Source of the DNA: Candidatus Karelsulcia muelleri
GTDB lineage: Bacteria; Bacteroidota; Bacteroidia; Flavobacteriales; Blattabacteriaceae
Direction of reading: 5' to 3'
Assembly (NCBI RefSeq): GCF_016888765.1
Contig: NZ_CP069423.1
Span: forward strand, 110,702-142,701
DNA length: 32,000 nt
Part shown: positions 10,616-18,952 of the stretch, piece after piece
How the letters are laid out: each line of letters begins with the position of its first letter
Numbering within the stretch: position 1 is the stretch's first letter
Program-made: the position numbers and the translations under genes
The notes under the pieces: model-generated
What the model was told of the DNA's origin: nothing
Database searches by the model: none
The model's input: the letters and a program-made list of their open reading frames with translations, nothing else

Positions 10616-11020
10616 ATGTTAAAGCCAAAAAGAAATAAATTTGAGAAACTCCATAAAGGCAGAATAAAAGGATATGCTAAAAAAGGTACAAAACTTCACT
10701 TTGGGATATTTGGACTGAAGACTTTAGATACAGCTTGGCTTTCAGATAGACAAATCGAAGCGGCTCGCATTGCGGCGACACGACATATGAAAAGACAAGG
10801 AAAATTATGGCTCAATATTTTTCCTAATAAGCCTATTACAAAAAAACCTCAAGAAGTTAGAATGGGAAAAGGAAAAGGGGCTATAGACCATTGGGTTTCT
10901 GTGGTAAAACCTGGGAGAATCTTAATAGAAATCGATGGAGTAAATTTGGAAATAGGAAAAGAAGCTTTAAGATTAGCTGCTAATAAATTACCAATAAGAA
11001 CAAAATTAATTTTAAAATGA
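10616..11020 (+). CDS. rplP: 50S ribosomal protein L16
   Basis: MLKPKRNKFEKLHKGRIKG...QIEAARIAATRHMKR.GK.W...FP.KP.TKKP.EVRMGKGKG. TGA stop overlaps the rpsQ ATG (ATGA). Confidence 0.95.
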   Translation: MLKPKRNKFEKLHKGRIKGYAKKGTKLHFGIFGLKTLDTAWLSDRQIEAARIAATRHMKRQGKLWLNIFPNKPITKKPQEVRMGKGKGAIDHWVSVVKPGRILIEIDGVNLEIGKEALRLAANKLPIRTKLILK

Positions 11021-11259
11021 TGAGGAAAAAAAAAAGACTTGGTATAATATTAAGTGATAAAATGAATAAAACAAGAGTAGTAGGTGAAGTAGTAAAAAGG
11101 AAACATAAGATTTATAAAAAGAATATTTATTATACCAGAAAATATTTTGTTCACGATGAAAACAATCAATCAAATAAAGGGGATACAGTAGAAATAATTT
11201 TTACACGACCATTAAGTAAGAAGAAACGTTGGAATTTATTTCAAATAATAAAATGTTAA
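11017..11259 (+). CDS. rpsQ: 30S ribosomal protein S17
   Basis: GIILSDKMNKTRVV...YFVHDENNQSNKGDTVEIIFTRPLSKKKRW matches the S17 core (VVSDKM...HVHDENN..GD.V.I...RPLSK.K.W). Confidence 0.9.
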   Translation: MMRKKKRLGIILSDKMNKTRVVGEVVKRKHKIYKKNIYYTRKYFVHDENNQSNKGDTVEIIFTRPLSKKKRWNLFQIIKC

Positions 11260-11274
11260 TGTTAAGAATAAAAT

Positions 11275-11643
11275 ATGTTACAACAAGAATCATTTCTTAA
11301 TGTTGCTGATAATTCGGGAGCGAAAAAAGTTTTATTAATTCGTGTTTTAGGAGGCACTAAAAAAAAATATGCTTCTCTTGGGGATACTATTGTAGTAACA
11401 GTTAAAAATTCAATTGCTGGATCTAGCCTTAAAAAAGGACAAGTCACAAAAGCAGTAGTAGTTCGAACAAAATATAAAGTTAAACGCAAGGATGGATCTT
11501 ATATAAGTTTCGATGATAATGCCTGTGTTTTATTATCAAAAACTTGCGAAATGAGAGGTACTAGAATCTTTGGGCCAGTTGCAAGAGAATTAAGAGAAAA
11601 AGAATATATGAAAATAATTTCATTAGCTGTAGAAGTTTTATAA
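11275..11643 (+). CDS. rplN: 50S ribosomal protein L14
   Basis: [18 protein letters not shown]...[22 protein letters not shown]. Confidence 0.96.
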   Translation: MLQQESFLNVADNSGAKKVLLIRVLGGTKKKYASLGDTIVVTVKNSIAGSSLKKGQVTKAVVVRTKYKVKRKDGSYISFDDNACVLLSKTCEMRGTRIFGPVARELREKEYMKIISLAVEVL

Positions 11644-11650
11644 TATAAAA

Positions 11651-11980
11651 ATGAAACTTAAAACTCAAGATAATATCTTAATTAAGAGTGGTAATTATAA
11701 AGGCAAGCAAGGGAAACTTCTAAATATTATAAAAAATAAAACCAGAGCTTTAGTAAAACTTTTAAACCAGAAATTAATTGAAATTGATTTATCGAATTTA
11801 CTTTTAATATATAGACCCTCTTATCAGAAGACTTTTGACAAAGTACAAAAATTTTTAAGTAAAATGAGAAAAATAAATAAAAAATTAAAATATTTCTTTT
11901 CGATAGAAGACTTAAAGAATTTATTAAAGCTTAGAGATTTAGAAAATCTTAAACTTAGAAAGAATGAATTATTCCCCTAG
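11651..11980 (+). CDS. rplX: 50S ribosomal protein L24 (divergent C-terminal half)
   Basis: Canonical position with an N-terminal KOW-like segment (ILIKSGNYKGKQGKLLNI). The remainder is poorly conserved and Lys/Leu-rich. Confidence 0.72.
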   Translation: MKLKTQDNILIKSGNYKGKQGKLLNIIKNKTRALVKLLNQKLIEIDLSNLLLIYRPSYQKTFDKVQKFLSKMRKINKKLKYFFSIEDLKNLLKLRDLENLKLRKNELFP

Positions 11981-12509
11981 ATTTAAAACAAAATACAATG
12001 AAGAGATTAAATTAAAATTAAACCAAAAATTTCTATATGAATGTATAATGCAAATTCCCAAATTAACTAAAATAGTAATAAATCAAGGTATTAACAGATC
12101 TATATCTGATAACAAGACATTAAATAATGCAATTGAAAATATGTCTTTAATATCTGGACAGAAAGCAATTTTTTGCCAATCAAAACGTGATGAATCAGGC
12201 TTTAAACTAAGAAAAGGAACACCTATCAGTATAAAAGTCACACTACGCCGAAATAGAATGTATGAATTTTTAGATAGATTAATAAATATTGCCTTACCTA
12301 GAGTTCGGGATTTCCATGGAGTAAATCAAAATAGTTTTGATGGAAAAGGAAATTATAATTTAGGCATTCGGGAACAAATTATATTTCCAGAAATAAAACA
12401 AGCTTTAAAACAAAATCTAGGCCTGAATATTACTTTTGTGACTACTGCTAAAACAGATAAAGAAGCTAAATATTTATTATATTTATTTGGTCTGCCTTTT
12501 AAAAAGTAA
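11964..12509 (+). CDS. rplE: 50S ribosomal protein L5
   Basis: 181 aa. [10 protein letters not shown]..., [38 protein letters not shown] and [14 protein letters not shown]. Confidence 0.93.
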   Translation: MNYSPRFKTKYNEEIKLKLNQKFLYECIMQIPKLTKIVINQGINRSISDNKTLNNAIENMSLISGQKAIFCQSKRDESGFKLRKGTPISIKVTLRRNRMYEFLDRLINIALPRVRDFHGVNQNSFDGKGNYNLGIREQIIFPEIKQALKQNLGLNITFVTTAKTDKEAKYLLYLFGLPFKK

Positions 12510-12513
12510 AATT

Positions 12514-12783
12514 ATGTCTAAAGAAGCTATAAAAGCTAGACAAAAAAAACGTAGAATTTTAGTTGAGAAATATGCTAAAAAAAGAGCTTATTATAAGAAA
12601 ATAGGAGATAATATCAATTTACAAAAATTGCCTAAAAATGCTTCTCCAGTTCGTTTACATAATATTTGTCAGCTCACTGGGAGAACTAAAGGTTATATTC
12701 GCAAATTTGGGGTCTCACGATTAGAATTTAGACGATTAGCCTCTCAAGGCTTAATTCCAGGAGTAAGAAAAGCTAGTTGGTAA
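12514..12783 (+). CDS. rpsN: 30S ribosomal protein S14
   Basis: [13 protein letters not shown]...[28 protein letters not shown]. Start at ATG 12514; the track start 12487 is a TTG-initiated extension overlapping rplE. Confidence 0.9.
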   Translation: MSKEAIKARQKKRRILVEKYAKKRAYYKKIGDNINLQKLPKNASPVRLHNICQLTGRTKGYIRKFGVSRLEFRRLASQGLIPGVRKASW

Positions 12784-12795
12784 AAAAAGAAAAGA

Positions 12796-13185
12796 ATGAT
12801 TACAGATCCAATTGCTGATTGTTTAACAAGAATTAGAAATGGGTGTCTAGCTAAGAAAGATATTATTTATATCCAATATTCGAAACTTAAAAAAAATATT
12901 CTTAAAATTTTACTGGAACAAGGTTTTATAGTAAATTATAAATTAAAAACAAATAAAATAATAAAGGTATATTTAAAATATATTTATCCTAACAAAAACT
13001 CGGTAATTAAATATATTAAAAGAATAAGTAAACCAAGTTTAAGAAAATATTCAAGTAGTAAAAATTTACCGAGAGTTCTTAATGGGTTAGGAATAGCTAT
13101 TATCTCAACTTCAAAAGGAATAATTACTGATAAATTAGCTCGAAAAAAAAAACTAGGTGGTGAAATAATTTGTTATGTATATTAA
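12796..13185 (+). CDS. rpsH: 30S ribosomal protein S8
   Basis: [16 protein letters not shown]... and C-terminal [31 protein letters not shown]. Confidence 0.93.
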   Translation: MITDPIADCLTRIRNGCLAKKDIIYIQYSKLKKNILKILLEQGFIVNYKLKTNKIIKVYLKYIYPNKNSVIKYIKRISKPSLRKYSSSKNLPRVLNGLGIAIISTSKGIITDKLARKKKLGGEIICYVY

Positions 13186-13201
13186 ATAATATAAAAGCTT
13201 C

Positions 13202-13759
13202 ATGTCTAGAATTGGAAAAAGAAATATTATTATACCCAAGAATATTATAATTAATATGAAAAATAATGTAATGTCTGTAACTGGTCCTCTTGGAAAACTT
13301 TCTCTTAAAATAAGAGGGGACCTAAAAATAGAAAGGGAAGAAAATAAAATAACAATAAAAAGAATAGAGAATAATAAATATAATAAATCTCTACATGGAT
13401 TATACAGAATGCTAATTAATAATATGATTATTGGGGTATTAGATGGTTTTAAAACCGAATTAGAATTGAAAGGAGTAGGTTATAAAGTGGCTTTAGATAA
13501 TGAAAACAAAGTCTTAGAATTTAACTTAGGCTACTCTCATAATATAGTAATGAATTTCCCCAAAGCTTTAAAAGTAGAAATAAAAAATGAAACTAACCAA
13601 AAGACTCGGATTATTTTAATGTCATATGATAAACAATTATTGGGGATATTTGCGGCTCAAATAAGATCTTTAAGAAAACCGGATCCTTATAAAGGAAAAG
13701 GAATTCGTTATATTAATGAATATATTATAAAAAAAGCAGGCAAGACGACTGTCAAATAA
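13202..13759 (+). CDS. rplF: 50S ribosomal protein L6
   Basis: MSRIGKRNIIIP..., GVGYKV, LGYSH and PDPYKGKGIRY. Confidence 0.93.
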   Translation: MSRIGKRNIIIPKNIIINMKNNVMSVTGPLGKLSLKIRGDLKIEREENKITIKRIENNKYNKSLHGLYRMLINNMIIGVLDGFKTELELKGVGYKVALDNENKVLEFNLGYSHNIVMNFPKALKVEIKNETNQKTRIILMSYDKQLLGIFAAQIRSLRKPDPYKGKGIRYINEYIIKKAGKTTVK

Positions 13760-13772
13760 ATGAATTCCTTAT

Positions 13773-14060
13773 ATGAAAAAAACCAGACCTAGAATTTCAG
13801 TCTTTAGAAGTAATAAGCATATTTATGTTCAAATAATAGATGATGTTAATCATCAGACTTTACTATCATATTCTTCGAAAAACAACTCTAATTTAAAAAT
13901 TACTAAAACTAAAATTGCAAGTAAAATAGGGATGATTTTAGGAGAAAAAGCCAAAAAAATAGGTATTTATAAGTTAGTTTTTGATAGAAATGGATATTTG
14001 TATCATGGGAGAGTGCAAGCTTTGGCCGAGGGCTTAAGAAAAACTGGTTTAAAATTTTAA
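13773..14060 (+). CDS. rplR: 50S ribosomal protein L18 (N-terminally short)
   Basis: PRISVFRSNKHIYVQIIDD... and FDRNGYLYHGRVQALAEGLR..GLKF. Confidence 0.88.
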   Translation: MKKTRPRISVFRSNKHIYVQIIDDVNHQTLLSYSSKNNSNLKITKTKIASKIGMILGEKAKKIGIYKLVFDRNGYLYHGRVQALAEGLRKTGLKF

Positions 14061-14063
14061 ACT

Positions 14064-14552
14064 ATGAAAGTACAAGGAAAAAAATTAAAAGAGAAATTAG
14101 TAACTTTAAAAAGAGTATGTAAAGTTACAAAAGGAAGAAGATATTTCAGTTTTACAGCTTTAGTAGTTAAAGGAAACAAAAAGGGGTTAGTAGGCTTTGG
14201 GGTTGGAAAAGCTAAAGAAACACAAAACGCTGTTAGAAAGGCTGGAGAGAAAGCAGAAAAAAGATTGTTTAAAATTTCATTAAAAGGAGGAACTATTCCT
14301 CATGAACAAAAAGCTAAGCATGGCAGTACTTATATATTTCTTTATCCAGCTTCAAAAGGAACTGGAATAATTGCAGGTGGTGTGGTTAGAATAGTTTTAG
14401 AATTAGTAGGTGTAAAAAATATTTTCTCTAAATTGAATGGTTCGTCTAATTCTAATAACTGTATTAGGGCAGTAATATTAGCTTTAACAAAAATTAGAAA
14501 TGCAGATACTATATCAAAGGAAAGAGGGATATCTATTAAAAAGATGTTTTAA
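14064..14552 (+). CDS. rpsE: 30S ribosomal protein S5
   Basis: V.LKRVCKVTKGRRYFSFTALVVKGN.KGLVGFGVGKAKE...A..KA and GTGIIAGG.VR.VLEL.GVKNI.SK. Confidence 0.93.
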   Translation: MKVQGKKLKEKLVTLKRVCKVTKGRRYFSFTALVVKGNKKGLVGFGVGKAKETQNAVRKAGEKAEKRLFKISLKGGTIPHEQKAKHGSTYIFLYPASKGTGIIAGGVVRIVLELVGVKNIFSKLNGSSNSNNCIRAVILALTKIRNADTISKERGISIKKMF

Positions 14553-14566
14553 GTAAGTAAGTTCCC

Positions 14567-15040
14567 ATGATTCTGAATCATTTAACTCCTATTAAAGGCT
14601 CAAATAAGAAAGGCAAACGATTAGGCAGAGGAAAAGGTTCTGGAAAAGGAAAAACCTCTACTAGAGGTAATAAAGGTGCTAAATCCCGTTCTGGAAATTC
14701 TGTTAAATTAGGATTTGAAGGTGGACAAATGCCGTTCCATAAACGTATTCCCAAATTTGGATTTAAAAATCTAAATAAAAAAAAATATAAAATCTTTAAT
14801 TTAGAAACGATAGAAGATCTAATAAATATTGGAAAAGTAAAAAGAAATTTAATAAATAATAATGTATTGAGAAAAATTGGTTTATTAAAAAAAACCGAGT
14901 TTTTTAAAATCTTAGGAAGAGGTGAATTAACTCATAAAATAAAAATTTTTGCTCATAAGTTTAGTAAAACCGCCTCTTTAAAGATTAAAACCCTTGGAGG
15001 AAATCCTATAATAACAAATGACGAAAGAAAAATATCTTAA
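14567..15040 (+). CDS. rplO: 50S ribosomal protein L15
   Basis: L.P..GSNKKGKRLGRGKGSGKGKTSTRG.KG..SRSG....GFEGGQMPFHKR.PK.GF. Confidence 0.9.
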   Translation: MILNHLTPIKGSNKKGKRLGRGKGSGKGKTSTRGNKGAKSRSGNSVKLGFEGGQMPFHKRIPKFGFKNLNKKKYKIFNLETIEDLINIGKVKRNLINNNVLRKIGLLKKTEFFKILGRGELTHKIKIFAHKFSKTASLKIKTLGGNPIITNDERKIS

Positions 15041-15209
15041 GACAAGGGGATAGTAAAACAAAGTCCAATTAAAATCCAACAGGATAGTAACTGGATATAT
15101 AAAAGGTAAAATGAGAATGAATTATATTCAAATTTTCCAAGGCGATAAAGTAAAATTGCCTATTTAATATTATGATTTAACTAAAGCAAGAATAATATAT
15201 AGATACTAA
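15018..15209 (+). pseudogene. infA: translation initiation factor IF-1 pseudogene (three in-frame stops and a ~8-codon internal deletion)
   Basis: A single frame reads MTKEKYLKTRG**NKVQLKSNRIVTGYIKGKMRMNYIQIFQGDKVKLPI*YYDLTKARIIYRY*. The last 49 codons are collinear with the IF-1 OB fold (E. coli [51 protein letters not shown]). Stops at 15051-15056 (TAG TAA) and 15165-15167 (TAA). Canonical position before rpmJ. Confidence 0.8.
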
Positions 15210-15234
15210 ACAATATAAAGTTAAAGGTAAAGGG

Positions 15235-15351
15235 ATGAAAAAAGTTACCTCTTTAAAAAGAAGAAGCCAAAATTGCCAAATTGTTAAAAGAAAAGGAAAA
15301 TTAAGAATTATAAATAAAGTTAACCCGAAATATAAACAAAAACAAAGATAA
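15235..15351 (+). CDS. rpmJ: 50S ribosomal protein L36 (YkgO-like, non-zinc form)
   Basis: Not in the ORF track because it is under 60 aa. Hand translation gives MKKVTSLKRRSQNCQIVKRKGKLRIINKVNPKYKQKQR* (38 aa), which matches L36 ..C.IVKR.G...VI....PK.KQ.Q. Three of the four zinc ligands are replaced. Lies immediately upstream of rpsM. Confidence 0.9.
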   Translation: MKKVTSLKRRSQNCQIVKRKGKLRIINKVNPKYKQKQR

Positions 15352-15354
15352 GAT

Positions 15355-15738
15355 ATGGCTCTGATATCTGGAATAAATATACCAGAAAAGAAAAGAGGAA
15401 TTATAGCTCTAACTTATATTTTTGGTATTGGAAAAAATATTTCTAAAAAAATATTTGAAATTATAAAAATTAATCCAAATACAAAAGTAAATAATTGGTC
15501 AGATTTAGAATTAAATAAAATTAGAAACTTTATAAATAAGAATATAAAAATTGAAGGGGAGTTGAAAACTGAGATTAAATTAGATATTAAGAGATTACTT
15601 GATATAAAATGTTATAGAGGGATCAGACATAAAATTGGTCTTCCTGTTAGAGGACAGAAGACTAAAAATAATTGTCGGACCAGAAAAGGTAAAAGAAAAA
15701 CAATAGCTAATAAAAAAAAACTTATTAAAAAGTCATAA
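15355..15738 (+). CDS. rpsM: 30S ribosomal protein S13
   Basis: [11 protein letters not shown]....ALTYIFGIG and [26 protein letters not shown]. Confidence 0.93.
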   Translation: MALISGINIPEKKRGIIALTYIFGIGKNISKKIFEIIKINPNTKVNNWSDLELNKIRNFINKNIKIEGELKTEIKLDIKRLLDIKCYRGIRHKIGLPVRGQKTKNNCRTRKGKRKTIANKKKLIKKS

Positions 15739-16091
15739 TGAAAAATAAAGAGATATCTTGTTGCCAGATACACATCAAGTCTACATTTAACAATATTATT
15801 ATAACTTTGTCTAACTTAAAAGGAGACGTGCTGGCCTGGTCTTCAGCAGGACAAAAAGGTTTTAAAGGAGCCAAAAAAAATACACCTTATGCTGCTAGTA
15901 AAACAGCTCAAGATATAGTAGAAAAAGGTAAAAAACTGGGGATTAAAAAAATTAAGATTATTGTTAAAGGTCCAGGAGCTGGTCGTGAAGCAGCACTTAG
16001 AACTTTAAGTAATCTAAATGTACTTAGAATAAAAGATATTACTCCTATTCCCCATAATGGTTGTAGACCCCCAAAAAAAAGAAGAATATAG
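15738..16091 (+). CDS. rpsK: 30S ribosomal protein S11
   Basis: [41 protein letters not shown] and [17 protein letters not shown]. Confidence 0.93.
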   Translation: MKNKEISCCQIHIKSTFNNIIITLSNLKGDVLAWSSAGQKGFKGAKKNTPYAASKTAQDIVEKGKKLGIKKIKIIVKGPGAGREAALRTLSNLNVLRIKDITPIPHNGCRPPKKRRI

Positions 16092-16119
16092 TATATTATA
16101 TATAAAATATAGAAACAAA

Positions 16120-16716
16120 ATGGCTAGATATATTGGTCCTAAAAATAAAATCTCTAGAAAATTTGGTTGTCTTATTTATGGAATTAAAAAAAAAAGTTTT
16201 GAAAAAAAAAAATATCCACCTGGTCAACACGGGCCCAAAAAAAAAACCAGAAATTTTAATCAATCAAATTATTCTATTCAATTATTAGAAAAACAAAAGA
16301 TAAAATATCTTTATGGAATTCTAGAAAAACAATTTAGAAAAATATTTGAAAAAGCTTCAAAAAAAAAGGGTATAACTGGAGAAATACTTTTACAACTCTG
16401 TGAATCCAGGTTAGATAATGTCGTCTATAGATTAAATTTTGCGCCGACACGAGCTGGAGCCAGACAGTTAGTTACTCATCGGCATATATTAGTAAATGGA
16501 AAAATTGTTAATATTCCATCTTTTACATTAAAACCTGGGGATATAATTTCGGTTAAAGACAATTTAAAACTCTCTGAAAATTCTAAATTACTAAAAACAA
16601 TTTCCAATTGGTTGCTGTTAAAAAACAGGAAAGGAATTTTTCAAGCTATGCCTAGGAGAGCACAAATTCCCGAAAAGATTAAGGAACGTTTAGTGGTAGA
16701 ATTGTATTCTAAATAA
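16120..16716 (+). CDS. rpsD: 30S ribosomal protein S4
   Basis: [16 protein letters not shown]..., [33 protein letters not shown]. Start at ATG 16120; the track start 16057 overlaps rpsK. Contains A10, A11 and A10 runs. Confidence 0.93.
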   Translation: MARYIGPKNKISRKFGCLIYGIKKKSFEKKKYPPGQHGPKKKTRNFNQSNYSIQLLEKQKIKYLYGILEKQFRKIFEKASKKKGITGEILLQLCESRLDNVVYRLNFAPTRAGARQLVTHRHILVNGKIVNIPSFTLKPGDIISVKDNLKLSENSKLLKTISNWLLLKNRKGIFQAMPRRAQIPEKIKERLVVELYSK

Positions 16717-16726
16717 TAAGAGTATT

Positions 16727-17716
16727 ATGATTTCACCAGCCCAGATAAAAATATTAAAACATTCTAAAAATAGAGGTAAATTTTTAATAAAACCATTAAG
16801 TCCTGGCTTTGGAATTACTCTAGGGAATTCTTTAAGAAGAGTTTTAATTTCAGATTTAGAAGGTTATGCCATATATTATATAATGATTAATGGTGTCAAA
16901 CATGAATTCTCTTATATAGATGGAGTAATAGAAAATCTAACTGAAATAATATTAAATTTAAAACAAATACGGTTTAAATTAAAAAGTAAAATGTATAACA
17001 AAATACCAGAACATTTTACAATATTTTTAACAAAAAAACAGTCTAAAATTACTGCTGGAGATTTATGTGGATCTATTACTTGTTTGGAAGTATTGAATCC
17101 AAATTTATTAATTTTGAATAAAGAGTTAGATGCTAATTTAAAGATTACTCTCGGCATTAAAAAAGGAGTTGGATATGTTCCAGTAGAAAAACCACAGACT
17201 AAAATAGGGAAAATACCAATTGATACTATTTTTAGTCCCATAATAAACGTAAGATTCAAAGTAGAAACTTGTGAAGTTAATAATTTCTATTCATCCGATA
17301 GTTTGATTATAGATATTCGTACTGATGGTTCAATTACTCCAAACAAGGCTTTAAAAACAGCTTCTAGTATACTAGTACAACATTTTACTTTATTTTTTAA
17401 TGGGAAAAAAACAGAATTAAAGCTCCCAATAAAATATACTGCTTATAAAGCAAGAATAAAATATTTCTATATGCAAAAACTTTTAAAGTGTTTAAAATTT
17501 GCTAAAATTAAAACTTGGGCTGACTTAGTCAAAATGAAACCTTCTGATTCTGATTATAATTATGGAGGAGGTCTTGATTTATCAAAATATAAAATGAAAA
17601 TTTCTAATAAAAAAAAAAGAATAAAAAATTTTCGTGAAAAAATGAGAAAAATAGTAAAGCTAAGAAATCTTATTAAAAGAAGAAAACTGACCAAAAGAAA
17701 TGAGACACCAAAATAA
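16727..17716 (+). CDS. rpoA: DNA-directed RNA polymerase alpha subunit (N-terminal domain intact, C-terminal domain eroded)
   Basis: 329 aa. The N-terminal domain is collinear with the family (GFGITLGNSLRRVLIS.LEG, IDTIFSPI..V.F.VE). C-terminal domain: only LLKCLKFAKIKTWADLV is recognisable, followed by a Lys/Arg-rich tail. Confidence 0.92.
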   Translation: MISPAQIKILKHSKNRGKFLIKPLSPGFGITLGNSLRRVLISDLEGYAIYYIMINGVKHEFSYIDGVIENLTEIILNLKQIRFKLKSKMYNKIPEHFTIFLTKKQSKITAGDLCGSITCLEVLNPNLLILNKELDANLKITLGIKKGVGYVPVEKPQTKIGKIPIDTIFSPIINVRFKVETCEVNNFYSSDSLIIDIRTDGSITPNKALKTASSILVQHFTLFFNGKKTELKLPIKYTAYKARIKYFYMQKLLKCLKFAKIKTWADLVKMKPSDSDYNYGGGLDLSKYKMKISNKKKRIKNFREKMRKIVKLRNLIKRRKLTKRNETPK

Positions 17717-18050
17717 AAATAATAATTTAGGGCGAAATAAGTCTCATAGAAAAGCCCTTTTAACTAATCTGGCTATTTCCCTAATAAAATATAAAAGAAT
17801 TAAAACAACTTTTGCTAAAGCAAAAGCTTTAAAAAAATTCATTGAACCAATAATAACTAGAGGTAAAAAACAAGATACTCATTCTATGCGAATAGTATTT
17901 AAAAAATTAAATAATAAAACTGCTGTTTTGGAACTTTTCAAAAAGATATCAAAACATAATTTAAAACGTAAGGGAGGATATACAAGAATTATTAAACTTG
18001 GCAAGAGGTTAGGAGATTTTTCAGAAATGGCAATAATGGAGCTAGTTTAA
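17700..18050 (+). CDS. rplQ: 50S ribosomal protein L17
   Basis: MRHQNKNNNLGRNKSHRKALLTNLA..L......I.TT..KAK and GGYTRI.KLG.R.GD.SEMAI.ELV. Confidence 0.9.
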   Translation: MRHQNKNNNLGRNKSHRKALLTNLAISLIKYKRIKTTFAKAKALKKFIEPIITRGKKQDTHSMRIVFKKLNNKTAVLELFKKISKHNLKRKGGYTRIIKLGKRLGDFSEMAIMELV

Positions 18051-18952
18051 TGAAATATTTTCATATACCAGTTTTCTTAACGGAAGTTCTAGAAAACATT
18101 ATTAATGATATTAATGGGATCTATCTAGATACTACTTTTGGTAGCGGTGGACATTCTTTTGGGATATTAAAGCAAATAAGTAATCAAGGGAAATTATTTG
18201 CTTTTGATCAAGATCAATTTGCAATTATTAAAAATAAAATTTGTGATAAAAGAATCAGATTTTTTAACGATAACTTTAGAAATATACAAAAAATATTAAA
18301 AGCTTATAAAAACAACATTCTAAAGAATGTATCAGGAATAATAGCTGATTTAGGAGTTTCCTCTTATCAGATAGATAACCCTCAGCGAGGGTTTTCAATA
18401 AGATTTAATCAAATTTTGGATATGAGAATGGATTTATCGAAACAAAAGTCGGCTTTAAATATAATAAAAAATTATTCTTTTGAAAAATTAAATAAGATTT
18501 TTTCTAAATATGGGGAGTTTAAAAATCCGCAAAGAATATCTAGAAAAATTGTTTTAAACAGTAAATTTCTTAACACTACTTTGGATTTAGTAAATCTATT
18601 CAAAAGAAATAATAACAGGAAATTTTTCTCTAGATTATTCCAAGCTTTAAGAATAGAGGTAAATGATGAAATCAATGCATTAAAGCAATTACTGAAACAA
18701 TCAATAAATATTTTAAAACCGGGAGGTAAATTAGCTATTATTTCATATAATTCATTAGAAGATAGGTTAGTTAAAAACTTCTTTCAAAGTGGAAATATAC
18801 AGGGAATTATTAGATATGATAAGAAAGGGAATAATTTATCTCCATTTAATAAAAAATATACTAAAAGAATTTTTCCAACTAAAGAAGAAATCTCTAAAAA
18901 TAAGAGAGCTAGAAGTGCTATATTAAGAATTACACAAAAAACAGTATGTTGA
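18050..18952 (+). CDS. rsmH: 16S rRNA (cytosine1402-N4)-methyltransferase RsmH (MraW)
   Basis: HIPV...E......GIYLDTTFGSGGHS, ADLGVSSYQID.P.RGFS, LRIEVNDE and SYNSLEDR.VKNFF. TGA stop at 18950-18952, inside the rnpB 5' stem. Confidence 0.9.
   Translation: MKYFHIPVFLTEVLENIINDINGIYLDTTFGSGGHSFGILKQISNQGKLFAFDQDQFAIIKNKICDKRIRFFNDNFRNIQKILKAYKNNILKNVSGIIADLGVSSYQIDNPQRGFSIRFNQILDMRMDLSKQKSALNIIKNYSFEKLNKIFSKYGEFKNPQRISRKIVLNSKFLNTTLDLVNLFKRNNNRKFFSRLFQALRIEVNDEINALKQLLKQSINILKPGGKLAIISYNSLEDRLVKNFFQSGNIQGIIRYDKKGNNLSPFNKKYTKRIFPTKEEISKNKRARSAILRITQKTVC

Noticed and set aside
15051-15167. Stop-codon reassignment or programmed readthrough as an explanation for the in-frame stops in infA.
   Set aside because: TAA, TAG and TGA each terminate conserved genes at the expected family length in this same window: TAA in most genes, TAG in trxB and pdhC, TGA in pnp, rplP and rsmH. 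A tandem TAG-TAA plus an internal deletion is better explained by decay.
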